51,469 bases of DNA, from NCBI RefSeq assembly GCF_001194135.2, contig NC_068987.1:94871298-94922766 (forward strand). The letters are read 5' to 3'. This DNA is from Octopus bimaculoides (lineage: Eukaryota). The translations under genes and the position numbers were made by a program. Below are positions 11,806 through 23,959 of this stretch, piece after piece. The stretch's first letter is position 1. Every line of letters starts with the position of its first letter. The notes beneath the pieces are model-generated. The model was not told the DNA's origin. It worked only from the letters and a program-made list of their open reading frames with translations, and made no database searches.

Positions 11806-12346
11806 GGTTATTACAGAAAATTTTCTCCAAATTTCTCTGATGTTGTGGCCCCTCTCGCTAATTTGTTTAAAAAAGGGTGTCAAATTTATTTAGAGTGACA
11901 ATTGTCAGGCAATGTTTGAGAAGGTAAAAGCCATACTCATGAGTTCTCCAGTTTTGATAGGACCAGATTTTGGGAAACCAGTTAAGGTTTCCATTGATGC
12001 AAATGACGCTGGTGTCGGCAGTGTTCTGTTTGAATGAGATGCAAAGAGTATTGATCATCCTGTTTGTTATTACTCAACAAAATTTGACAATTACCAGCGA
12101 AATTATTCAACCATTGAGAAAGAAACCCTTGCTTTGTTGTTGTCATGGCAACATTTTGACGTATATTTGGGAACCACTAAGTATCTCATTGAAGTGTTCA
12201 CTGACCACAATCCGCTGACTTTTCTGCTCAAGATGAAGAACAAAAATCAGAGATGGAGTTTATCTTTGCAAGAATTTAATCTCAATATTCAGCATATTAA
12301 AGGTAAAGACAATGTCATTGCAAATGCACTATCTCATGTCAGCTGA
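11806..12346 (+). mobile_element. Ty3/Gypsy pol 3' fragment: RT thumb/connection and RNase H, ending in a stop codon
   Basis: GYYRKFSPNFSDVVAPLANL...VLIGPDFGKP...IDANDAGVGSVL...HPVCYYS...QRNYSTIEKETLALL...FDVYL...VFTDHNPLTFL...WSLSLQEFNLNIQHIKGKDNVIANALS* (frameshifted). Confidence 0.92.
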
Positions 12347-12445
12347 TTGTGTCAGGATGTTACATATATTTGTATCCCTTATGCAGTTCTCATAATTTGT
12401 CATTGTAAATAAGAAAGTTTTCACTACTTTCAACTTTCTTCCTTT

Positions 12446-12456
12446 AATGGGGAGAA
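12446..12456 (+). other. Polypurine tract of the Gypsy element
   Basis: AATGGGGAGAA lies about 100 nt after the pol stop and directly before TGTTACG. Confidence 0.6.
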
Positions 12457-12660
12457 TGTTACGTATATCTATAATCAGTGCAAAAAATGAGAAAATATAA
12501 TGAAGGAAGAGAACTTATAATGTTTTCTGAATGAGGAGAGATAAGTGTTTGTCGACACTTTTGGCAGAATTGAAATAACGTAGGTGTGTACATATATATA
12601 TATATATATATATGTTTACACCACCTATCCTCGTCTGTTGTTGCTTTTTCGTACATTCTC

Positions 12661-12711
<51 letters not shown>

Positions 12712-13011
12712 CAGGAAGTTAGCAAGGGACGAAACAGGTAATCTCATTTACTTCCTGTTAAAAGGGAGAGTTCAGAATACAGCAGGGATTGCGTGGATAG
12801 TACAAAATATGAGAGAGAGATGCATACAGATCGGACTGTTCACCACCTACCTTTGAACAATCGAGGACTGAACATGAAATTCTTTGGGTATTATAACTTT
12901 TTTTGTTACATAATTTCAATCTTTGAATATTAATTCCCTGTTTGAACAATTTCTGTTGTTGCGATCAGAAGTTTACCCCTTTTATATATAAGAATTTGCC
13001 TGATTGTAACA
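12457..13011 (+). mobile_element. Putative 3' LTR of the Gypsy element, expanded by (TA)n tracts and a short insert
   Basis: Starts TGTTAC directly after the PPT and ends GTAACA (perfect 6-bp terminal inverted repeat). No second LTR is present in the window to confirm it. Confidence 0.5.
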
Positions 13012-15204
13012 ATAGATAAAACAATTAATGGTATGAAGACAGGGAAAGCCCCGCAACCCATCAGGAATCACTGCAGAGATGCTCAAAATATCTGGTGGTG
13101 TCAGCTATAGCCTAGTCACCCGTATAGTCAACCAAGTGATTCATGAAGGAGTCATACCCAATGACTGGTGTTGCAGCACCATAGATACAAATAATTACAG
13201 AGGTATCAAGTTGTTGGATCAGGTAATGAAGGTCACGGAGAGGGTCATAGCACAACTAATTAGGGAGAGAGTCAGTTTAGATGAGATGCAGTTTGGGTTC
13301 GTGCCAGGGAAAAACACCACTGATGCTATATTTCTGGTAAGACAGCTTCAGGAGAAATATCTAGCCAAAGATAAAACTCTGTACTTGGCTTTCATTGATA
13401 TAGAGAAAGCCTTTGATAGGGTCCCCCGATCCCTTATCTGGTGGTCAATGAGGAAACTAGGGATAGAAGAATGGTCCACCAAGGCTCTGTCCTCAGCCCC
13501 CTCCTATTTATCATAGTCCGCCATGCAATAACAGAGGAATTCAAGTCAGGATGCCCCTGGGAGCTCCTCTATGCTGATGACCTTGCACTAATTGCTGAGT
13601 CACTACCAGAACTAGAGGAGAAGTTTCAGGTGTAGGAGCAAGGATTAAAATCAAAGGGCCTTAGAGACAACCTAGCTAAAACCAAAATCTTAATAAACAG
13701 GATGGCAGACAAAACACAAATCCCTTCAGGTAGATGGCCCTACTTGATCTGTAGAAAAGGCGTGGGTAGAAACTCTATAAGATGTACCCAGTGCAAGCTA
13801 TGGACACATAAGAGGTGCAGCTGTATCAAAGGAAGGTTAACTGGGAACATAGTTATTGTATGTGGCAAATGCTCAGGAGCAATAAACACTGAAAATGTGC
13901 AGAGAACAGCTTCTGTCACATTCCAGGGAGAAAAACTAGAAGTGGTTGATAGCTTTTGTTACCTAGGTAACGAAGTCAGTAGCGGGGGTAGATGCTCTGA
14001 AAGTGTAGCTGCTAGAATAAGAATAGCCTGAGCAAAGTTCAGAGAGCTCTTACCTCTGCTGGTGACAAAGGGCCTCTCTCTCAGAGTAAAAGGTAGACTG
14101 TATGATGCATGTGTATGAACAGCCATGCTACATGGCAGTGAAACATGGCCATAACTGCTGAGGACATGTGTAAGCTTGCAAGGAATGAAGCTAGTATGCT
14201 CCGATGGATGTGTAATGTCAGTGTGCATACCCGACAGAGTGTTAGTATCTTGAGAGAAAAGCTGAACATAAGAAGCATCAGTTGTGGTGTGCAAGAGAGA
14301 CGATTGCACTGGTATGGANNNNNNNNNNNNNNNNNNNNNNNNNNNNNNNNNNNNNNNNNNNNNNNNNNNNNNNNNNNNNNNNNNNNNNNNNNNNNNNNNN
14401 NNNNNNNNNNNNNNNNNNNNNNNNNNNNNNNNNNNNNNNNNNNNNNNNNNNNNNNNNNNNNNNNNNNNNNNNNNNNNNNNNNNNNNNNNNNNNNNNNNNN
14501 NNNNNNNNNNNNNNNNNNNNNNNNNNNNNNNNNNNNNNNNNNNNNNNNNNNNNNNNNNNNNNNNNNNNNNNNNNNNNNNNNNNNNNNNNNNNNNNNNNNN
14601 NNNNNNNNNNNNNNNNNNNNNNNNNNNNNNNNNNNNNNNNNNNNNNNNNNNNNNNNNNNNNNNNNNNNNNNNNNNNNNNNNNNNNNNNNNNNNNNNNNNN
14701 NNNNNNNNNNNNNNNNNNNNNNNNNNNNNNNNNNNNNNNNNNNNNNNNNNNNNNNNNNNNNNNNNNNNNNNNNNNNNNNNNNNNNNNNNNNNNNNNNNNN
14801 NNNNNNNNNNNNNNNNNNNNNNGACACGAAACTCGGCTTGCAAAGACCTGTTAGGGAAAGCGAAATTGTGATGGCACCTGTGCCCAGCATCGCCTTCTTG
14901 GCACGTGTAAAGACATTCGAGCGAGATCATTGCCAGTGCCGCTGGACTGGCTCCTGTGCAGGTGGCACGTAAAATACACCATTTTGAGCGTGGCCGTTGC
15001 CAGTATTGCCTGACTGGCCTTCATGCTGGTGGCATGTAAAAGCACCCACTACACTCTCGGAATGGTTGGCATTAGGAAGGGCATCCAGCTGTAGAAACTC
15101 TGCCAAATCAGATTGGAGCATGGTGTAGCTATCTGGTTCACCAGTCTTCACTCAAATCGTCCAGCCCATGCTAGCATGGAAAGTGGACATTACACGATGA
15201 TGAT
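13012..15204 (+). mobile_element. RTE-clade LINE: 5'-truncated RT with PHD-like insert, N-gap, then 3' UTR and (GAT)n tail
   Basis: MKTGKAP..GITAEMLK; NYRGIKLLDQVMKV; QFGFVPGKNTTDAIF; LAFIDIEKAFDRVP; VHQGSVLSPLLF; LLYADDLAL; FCYLG; MLHGSETW; RLHWYG. Stops and internal deletions are present. Continuity across gap 14319-14822 is inferred, not seen. Confidence 0.88.
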
Positions 15205-15205
15205 A

Positions 15206-15248
<43 letters not shown>

Positions 15249-16379
15249 ACACACATATTATACTTAATGTAATATTTACATATGTGTGTATAAACGCATG
15301 TGTGTGTGAATGAAGGATAACTTGATTCTTCTTTTGTTATTAATAGTCTTCAAGAGACGGTTTATTTTCATAGGGATCATACAAGGCTAATGTGTGGCCA
15401 TTAGGGGTTGACTGGAAGGGAGTTTTCTGCAGGAAATGAGATGAGTTTATTTAACATGCCTAGTGGAAGTAATGGAAAGTAATTGTTGTTTTCCAATGAT
15501 TATTCTTTGTCTGAAGCCAAAACCCAGGAAGGATGCAATGATGTCATAAGCTAATTAATAGCAAAAGCTATCTTAAATAAAATCTAGTAATTAGATAAAT
15601 TTTTTAAAGGCTTGAGTTTTACAGTATAGAATACATTGAAAGATTTATGTGAAGCAAAATAGATTTCAGGTTATGGCATTGTGTAATGCAGTAATAATTT
15701 ATTGGAAATTTCTTCTGAAGGTAAGTATTGCCACCACAGAAAAGTGGGAATGAATAATGCATTTTGGATATGTTTGGTGTGGTGGAAAGATTTTGTATAA
15801 TTAAATGATGAGCCATTAAAAACTATGTGAGATTTTCTTTATTGATATGAAGATTTTTGTATGATGTATATTTTAAATTTTACTTTTTACATTTTGCTAA
15901 CTCATAAATTTAGAAAAATTTAATATAAGTTCAATTTTAATGGAAATATCTAAAGGTATACAAGTAGATAAAAATTTCTTCTGAGAATGAATTTGCCATC
16001 TTCCCCATTTTCCAAGCATCAATCATGGTGAGTGAGTGAAATGAGGCTGAAGAAATATAATTTCAAGATATCTGCTGTCTCATGGATAATAACTAAATTT
16101 GGAGAGAAAACCATTCTTATTTAGAAAAATTGAAGCCAGATAAACTATGGGTATATCTTAATTCAAACTTTCAAACAACTCTCAACACATTGACAATGAT
16201 TACAACTGGAGTAAATTTTATTACCATTTATTTTATTTTCTACTTTAGGTTTTTTAATTACAGTGGAATAAAATGTATTATTGGTCTTCTTCATTCACAT
16301 TTGAGAAGATATTCTATTGATATTATGCTTTGGTGGGTAATATTTTAGAAGAGTCGTATAAATATATATATACATACAT

Positions 16380-16418
<39 letters not shown>

Positions 16419-17014
16419 NNNNNNNNNNNNNNNNNNNNNNNNNNNNNNNNNNNNNNNNNNNNNNNNNNNNNNNNNNNNNNNNNNNNNNNNNNNNNNNNNN
16501 NNNNNNNNNNNNNNNNNNNNNNNNNNNNNNNNNNNNNNNNNNNNNNNNNNNNNNNNNNNNNNNNNNNNNNNNNNNNNNNNNNNNNNNNNNNNNNNNNNNN
16601 NNNNNNNNNNNNNNNNNNNNNNNNNNNNNNNNNNNNNNNNNNNNNNNNNNNNNNNNNNNNNNNNNNNNNNNNNNNNNNNNNNNNNNNNNNNNNNNNNNNN
16701 NNNNNNNNNNNNNNNNNNNNNNNNNNNNNNNNNNNNNNNNNNNNNNNNNNNNNNNNNNNNNNNNNNNNNNNNNNNNNNNNNNNNNNNNNNNNNNNNNNNN
16801 NNNNNNNNNNNNNNNNNNNNNNNNNNNNNTCCTTCTTGTTTACTCCAAATTGTTTTCAGTTATCTATTCACACATGACAAATGTCCAAACACAAACCTGG
16901 AAGTATGTATAATACCGCTTGCTCCTGGATAGCACAGGGTGAAATCTGAAGGTGGAGGAGCTTTATACTCTACTCTGCTACGTTCTTTACAGAATATACC
17001 ATAACTATATATAT

Positions 17015-17063
<49 letters not shown>

Positions 17064-18763
17064 TTAGCCCCTAATAAAGTAACAAATTCTAGATATGATA
17101 GTAACTGTGCTCCTTATTGAAGTCAGTCATGTGGTCTTGATCATGTTACTTATGCAAAAATGAAACAGCTGATTCAGTTGCATAGGGAGTCAATTTGCAG
17201 TTTGCTTTTAGCATCACTGTCCATATACTAACAATATTTTTATATGAATACATCAATATATCTAAACATTATTTGTGCATAATAATTGTTAGCAGGTGAG
17301 TTGATGCACATAGCAATAGTGAAATGCCTTTTTATTTTTAAGTTGCTACTTGCATAGGAAATAAGGAAGCAAGAATCTAAGCTTAAAACACACAGACAGA
17401 TAAACTAAATTTATTTGAGGTATGGCATTATTAGGACATGTGTAAACATGATACATGATTCTCCTCCCTGTGATGCCCCTTGCATTTGCATATTGGGTAG
17501 GAATAGGCCAAGCACACGGTTCATTTATTTGTTTATTTTCTGTAGCAATTTATATCTCAAAGCTTCTTTTTATTGTGTAAAGGAGTGTGTGCTTGTGTGT
17601 TCTTTTCCACTCTTTCTCTTCTGTCTGTCTGTCTGTATGTCTGTATGTCTGTCTGTCTCTCTTTCTTTTAGTTGTTGAGATTAATTGTCTGTGTTACTCT
17701 GTGTTTTATGGATGAAATTAAGCCAAATTATTAACCTACTAACATTAGCTAACTGGTATTGTAGTAATGAGTCTGCTTTAATTTTAGCGACATATCTAAT
17801 TGCTGCCCGATGATGGTAATGTGTGATATTGTTGCAAAAGTCAATACTGGAGAGAGAGAGAGATGTGGGGTAGGAATAGCTAGGGGTGGGTGGTTCTGGA
17901 TGACGGCATATAAAGGACAATTGCTACTGCCAGTTCTGCTGTTGTTTTAAGGGGATAAGAATTGTTTCATGCCAATTAATTAATCAATTGAATTAAATAA
18001 TATAACCTCTCCTGCATCTGTGTGTGTGTGTGTAGTGATGTTTGTGGAGAGCACCGTTTGTAGTAATCATGACAATGGTGTTTGCTTGAGTAAAGTAGAT
18101 GAAGATGATGATTAATGGGGGTAGGCTATGCTTATGTGATGTTCACAAAGAAACTTTTCCGTATATGACTGTCAAGATATAATGTAGTGAAGGTGATTGT
18201 GAGAGTTGTGTTCATTGTGATGGTCATTTTATTACGCAAGGGTAAGGCATTAATTCTGAGTAGTCAGGGCAAGACAGTGAAATTTCTCAGTGAATAAGTT
18301 CATAAATACAACCGGTCTACAGTGATATAATATATTAGAGTTTAGAGCTGAACTGAGCCACTGCACTGATTAGTCAGAGGTAACGAAATTATTTGCTTTC
18401 AACTTGTAATTTCCTTTATTCTGAGTCTGCACTCTCTTCTAATCAAGGAAACATTGGATATAGCAGCAGCCTTTTGGCATAAAACTAACATTGAAGGGAA
18501 GTAGGAAAAAAAAACAAAAAAACTATTGATTTTTTGAACTAGCACTGGGACACAAACTTATAAGGTATACAGATAATCAATTAATTCCTCCCTAGTTCAT
18601 GACTGGTATTCAGTTCACCAAGTCTAGAAAGGGAGGAAAGGGACAAAAATCAACAACAGTGATTTTTAAAAATTAAACATAAAAAAGAAAATGATAAATA
18701 CTTTTCTATGTTTAACCATCTCTTTCACCTTTTGAATAATAATAATAATAATAATAATAATGG

Positions 18764-18963
18764 TTTCAATTTTGGCACAAGGCCAGCAATTTTAGGAGAG
18801 AAGTACTTCAATTACATCGACCCCAGTGTTCAACTGACACTCATTTTTATTGACCCTGAAAGGATGAAAGACAAAGTGAACTCAGCAGAATTTGAACTCA
18901 GAACATCAAGATGGATGAAGCAGTTAGCCCAGAATGCTAATGATTCTGTTAGCTTGCTGCCTT
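18764..18963 (-). mobile_element. tRNA-like SINE of a second family, near full length
   Basis: Reverse complement is collinear with the + copy at 47549-47752 (TTCTGAGTTCA...CTTTG.CTTTC...GATAA...GCTGGCCTTGTG.CAAAATT(T)GAAA) and is bordered by (AAT)n. Confidence 0.75.
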
Positions 18964-19689
18964 AGTTATGATGATGATGATGATGACGACGACATACTGA
19001 TCGCTACCTGATGGCAATGATGACCACATTAGCTGATCATCTTCAATATATTATCTGTATTTAATGACATTGGTGGTGAAATAACTCATAACGGAATACA
19101 AGAGGACGTGTCTCATTGATGAAAAGAGATGACAGCTTCATGGCCTCAAAATCAGCTGAAGCAACAGGGAACTCATTCTTTAAAGGTTCAGACCCCACTC
19201 CGCAAAAAGTCAGTTTTGTGAACAACAACCAGGACAGTTTATAAGATTGTCAGAAGAGTATAAGGGAACATATAAACTTGGAATACATGACTGGTATTTC
19301 ACCAAGTGAATGGGATCTGAAATTTGAATGTTAAGGGCCAAAATGAAATACCTCTTTAATTCTCCAACAATACTGTTAGTAATGATAATTGATCAGAGAC
19401 AATGCTAGACAAACTAGCACAGTTGAATGATTGCGGAAATCTATTATATTCCACTGTGTTTAGCATGGTTAATCATTTCTGGAGCGGCTCAAATCTTCTT
19501 GGATTCCTCTTTATATTTCATCTCTCTCTCTGGGCCAGTAAAATAAGCATCTTTAATTTATCAGAATAAAGTCAATATTTAATATCCTATTTCTAAAGGT
19601 AACTCTCTGCCACAAAAAACAAAGAAAACAATCAAGAAAACGACAAAATGAAAGAGCCTGATAAAGAAATCAATATCAAAACAACAACT

Positions 19690-19735
19690 GCAGCAGCGGC
19701 AGCGGCAGCAGCAGCAGCGGCAGCAGCAGCAGCAG
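19690..19735. repeat. (GCA/GCG)n trinucleotide repeat, intronic
   Basis: Direct reading. Confidence 0.9.
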
Positions 19736-20705
19736 TATTTTGGTTTAGCTTTAAGCTACTGCTGCTTGTTTTGTTGTTGATCATGTGTTTTAGATGATTT
19801 AATTAATTTTATTCGATGAAGTGGAGTTTCCAACTTTCTACTACTGAATACTCATCATTTATCGAATTATTGCGTCGATAATTTCATTATTTTAAACAAT
19901 TTTATTTTTTTATTATTAGATGATAATAATAATAATAATAATACTAATAATAAAAAAAATTGATGATAGAAAAAGCATTTTAAAATTTATTCACTTATGT
20001 TTATTAGTTTTGTTTTTTTTTCCTAAAAATTCTTTGTTTTAGAGAATTTTTTAAAATCTAAAACTAAGAAAAATATAATTGTATTCCTCTTTCAATGTTT
20101 AGGTTTTGTATCAGGCAAAACAATCTCTCCATGTCACCAAGAGAGTGTTGTGTGTCTTATAACAAACATTGTTGATACATTTGTTTTGTAGGCAAAAAGA
20201 AGTTATCACCATCAAAACATTGCCAGAGGAAATCAGATTGTTTTGGTGAGAGGATGACTTGAGACTTGTGTAGTAAAGCTCAACTCATTAGTGGTGCTCT
20301 CAGAGTGCCATTTACAAGTCTCAATGGCGTTGGAACATCAGGGACAGTTCTTCCCCTGCTGACTAATTTATCTCTCATATTTTTATACATCCATCCGTCC
20401 TTCCATTCTTATACAAGACAAGGCATAAATAATGGTGATTACATATTTTCCTTTATTGTGGAAAGAATATGTAATGAGCACTCTTTATGGCTTGTCTTGT
20501 CTATCACTCTGTGTGGAAACCAGTGTAACTGGAGCACAACCATTGATTTACAATATAGAATGGCAATGAACTAAAACTTTGGACCTTGCCACAAAAATGC
20601 ACAGAGTTCCTTATCAATCTAAACAATATTGTTAGCCTGGTGTACAAACAGGGAGCTTATAAAGGATTTTGCCCCGATTGATAATCCCTCATTAATAACT
20701 CTGAC

Positions 20706-20758
<53 letters not shown>

Positions 20759-21342
20759 NNNNNNNNNNNNNNNNNNNNNNNNNNNNNNNNNNNNNNNNNN
20801 NNNNNNNNNNNNNNNNNNNNNNNNNNNNNNNNNNNNNNNNNNNNNNNNNNNNNNNNNNNNNNNNNNNNNNNNNNNNNNNNNNNNNNNNNNNNNNNNNNNN
20901 NNNNNNNNNNNNNNNNNNNNNNNNNNNNNNNNNNNNNNNNNNNNNNNNNNNNNNNNNNNNNNNNNNNNNNNNNNNNNNNNNNNNNNNNNNNNNNNNNNNN
21001 NNNNNNNNNNNNNNNNNNNNNNNNNNNNNNNNNNNNNNNNNNNNNNNNNNNNNNNNNNNNNNNNNNNNNNNNNNNNNNNNNNNNNNNNNNNNNNNNNNNN
21101 NNNNNNNNNNNNNNNNNNNNNNNNNNNNNNNNNNNNNNNNNNNNNNNNNNNNNNNNNNNNNNNNNNNNNNNNNNNNNNNNNNNNNNNNNNNNNNNNNNNN
21201 NNNNNNNNNNNNNNNNNNNNNNNNNNNNNNNNNNNNNNNNNNNNNNNNNNNNNNNNNNNNNNNNNNNNNNNNNNNNNNNNNNNNNNNNNNNNNAAGGGAG
21301 ATATAATAAAAACAACAACATGAAGATCTCTTAGATGACTCG

Positions 21343-21478
21343 GCGTTAGGAAGGGCATCCAGCTGTAGAAACTCTGCCAAATCAGATTGGAGCCTGGTGT
21401 AGCCATCCGGTTTCACCAGTCCTCAGTCAAATCGTCCAACCCATGCTAGCATGGAAAGCGGACGTTAAATGATGACGA
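21343..21478 (+). mobile_element. RTE 3'-tail copy (truncated LINE or RTE-tailed SINE)
   Basis: GGCGTTAGGAAGGGCATCCAGCTGTAGAAACTCTGCCAAATCAGATTGGAGC...GGACGTTAAATGATGACGA is near-identical to about 15068-15204. Confidence 0.85.
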
Positions 21479-21480
21479 TA

Positions 21481-22368
21481 CAGGGTGCGATGAGTAAATT
21501 TTCACCATTTTATTTTTTTATTTTGTGTTTGCACTTTGTTTGTCTTTAATTTTGTTGACTACATAGTATAGTAAGGTCAGTTGGGAACTGTCTGTGAGAA
21601 AAACAGCAGAGTGACAGTATTCACTCTGCCAGAAATTTGGAAATGACATGCTGTACTGCTTGGCATTCATGCCAGAAGCTCTAATTTGAACATTTCAGAG
21701 TGTTTTGGTGTCAGTCTGAGGACAGTACAATCTGGGGACATGTACCGAGAATGGTAAAAATCAAACATCCAGTCAACATCATGATATTTGGAGTGATGAC
21801 TAGTGATGGTGAGATTATGTCTCCATTCATCTTCCCACACGGCCTCAGACTCAACACGGAGGCCTACATCAACTACCTGGAGGAGGTAATGCTGCCCTGG
21901 GTCAAGAGGGTGGCTGCTGGAAGACACTATGTCTGGCAACAGGACTCTGCACCATGCCACACAAGCAGGGGAACCCAGTCATGGCTGTCAGCCAATTTCT
22001 ACGACAACATCAACCCTAACATCTGGCCACCTAACTCCCCAGACTGCAACCTCTTTGATTCTTATGTGTGAGGTGCAGTTGAGCAAGAGACCAACAAAAC
22101 ACCTTATAATTCCAGAGATGAATTGAGGGCAAGGATTATGGTAGCATTCCCCAACTTAAAAAAGGAGACTGTTCCCAAAGACTTGCAGGAGATTCCGAAG
22201 TAATCTGGATGTCGTGGTTGAAGTCAAATGGCAATTTTATTGAATAAATTTACTCTTTAGCATTTCAAGATATTTTAAAGTAATTTTGGTAAATATATGT
22301 TAAAACAAGATGTCAGTGGTATTTTCATTTTTGCATAATTTAGACGACAGTTTATTCACCACACCCTA
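21481..22368 (+). mobile_element. maT-family (DD37D) Tc1/mariner transposon, internally deleted, both termini present
   Basis: TA target duplication at 21479-80 and 22369-70. Imperfect TIRs CAGGGTGCGATGAGTAAATTTTC / revcomp TAGGGTGTGGTGAATAAACTGTC (17/23). Catalytic region WQQDSAPCH...WPPNSPDCNLFD has 37 residues between the last two Asp. Confidence 0.88.
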
Positions 22369-23205
22369 TACACACACATACATACATATGAACATATTTA
22401 TGTGTTCACACATCCAACTTCAGACATAGTAAATGTGTTTCTAAGCTTCAAAATTGTTAAAGAGATATTTGGCGTGTGTCCATTTCTTCTTTGTATCTAT
22501 ACAAATTTCATAGAAGCTCTTAAAAATGTCTCTGATACCCATACACATTCAGTCAGTTCCCTTTGCATTGATATTTATTGATTTAAATTCAGTACACAAA
22601 ATATTATGGCTGGACTGGCCTGTATCAATAAGGAAATCATATGAAATTAATAACAACAACCTTGAAATATTAATAACAAGAAATATTAGAAGCCATAATG
22701 ATGATGGTGATGGTGATGATGATGAGGAGGAGAAGGAGGATAATGAAAACATAACCCAGTAATTAATAACAACAGAAATTCTGGAAAATGCCTTGGCAAA
22801 CAACTCAGCTTTCCGTTCCTAATCATTTGTGGAGGATTCTTTTGGTTGATGGAATCTTTGAATGATAAGTTCTAGAATTTCATGATGAAATGATGACAAT
22901 CATTCACCATAAATTACATGCACATGGATGTGAGTGTTCCTTTATTCATTTCAGTGATGCCATTGCGACCATGCTGGAGCACTGCTATGATTTTGCACTT
23001 CTTCATATGATTCTTCTTTGGCTGATTCCTTCCAGGTGGTGGGATTTCATATCACCACTCCTGGATCTACTTTTACATTGGTTGATGGCTAGTCAATGTA
23101 AGGGGGTGTCTGACACTGCTGCCTCATGTATGTATGTGTGTGTGTTATGTATGCATGCATATATATATAGAGAGAGACACACATACATATATACATACAT
23201 ACATA

Positions 23206-23362
23206 CGTAAAAAGCACCCACTACACTTTTGGAGTGGTTGGCGTTAGGAACATTGCCAGATCAGATTGGAGCTTGGAGCAGTTGCTGGCTCTCCAGACCT
23301 CAGTCAAATCATCGAACCCATGCCAGCATGGAAAATGGACGTTAAACGACGATGATGATGAT
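23206..23362 (+). mobile_element. Further RTE 3'-tail copy
   Basis: GTAAAAAGCACCCACTACACT...GGTTGGCGTTAGGAA...CAGATTGGAGC...GCATGGAAAATGGACGTTAAACGACGATGATGAT matches about 15036-15204. Confidence 0.8.
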
Positions 23363-23393
23363 ATATATACTTAATATATATATATATATATAT

Positions 23394-23534
23394 GTTGTTG
23401 GCACTCCATTGCTTACGACGTCGAGGGTTCCAGTTGATCCGATCAACGGAACAGCCTGCTCATGAAATTAACGTGCAAGTGGCTGAGCACTCCACAGACA
23501 AGTGTACCCTTAATGTAGTTCTCGGGGATATTCA
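23394..23534 (-). mobile_element. Probable SINE 3' end whose body runs into the N-gap
   Basis: CpG-rich block (TTGTTGGCACTCC...CGACGTCGAGGGTTCCAGTTGATCCGATCAACGG...) between a (TA)n tract and the gap. I recall it as a common octopus SINE tail but cannot verify this within the window. Confidence 0.4.
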
Positions 23535-23959
23535 NNNNNNNNNNNNNNNNNNNNNNNNNNNNNNNNNNNNNNNNNNNNNNNNNNNNNNNNNNNNNNNNNN
23601 NNNNNNNNNNNNNNNNNNNNNNNNNNNNNNNNNNNNNNNNNNNNNNNNNNNNNNNNNNNNNNNNNNNNNNNNNNNNNNNNNNNNNNNNNNNNNNNNNNNN
23701 NNNNNNNNNNNNNNNNNNNNNNNNNNNNNNNNNNNNNNNNNNNNNNNNNNNNNNNNNNNNNNNNNNNNNNNNNNNNNNNNNNNNNNNNNNNNNNNNNNNN
23801 NNNNNNNNNNNNNNNNNNNNNNNNNNNNNNNNNNNNNNNNNNNNNNNNNNNNNNNNNNNNNNNNNNNNNNNNNNNNNNNNNNNNNNNNNNNNNNNNNNNN
23901 NNNNNNNNNNNNNNNNNNNATATATATATATATATATATATACTTAATATAAATGTATA

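Noticed and set aside
14932-15041. CRISPR-like array (palindromic direct repeats)
   Set aside because: Only two units, embedded in a LINE 3' UTR, with similar rather than unique spacers, no cas genes, and a eukaryotic context.
19690-19735. Poly-Ala/poly-Gln coding exon
   Set aside because: No convincing splice sites or flanking coding sequence; it is an intronic trinucleotide repeat.
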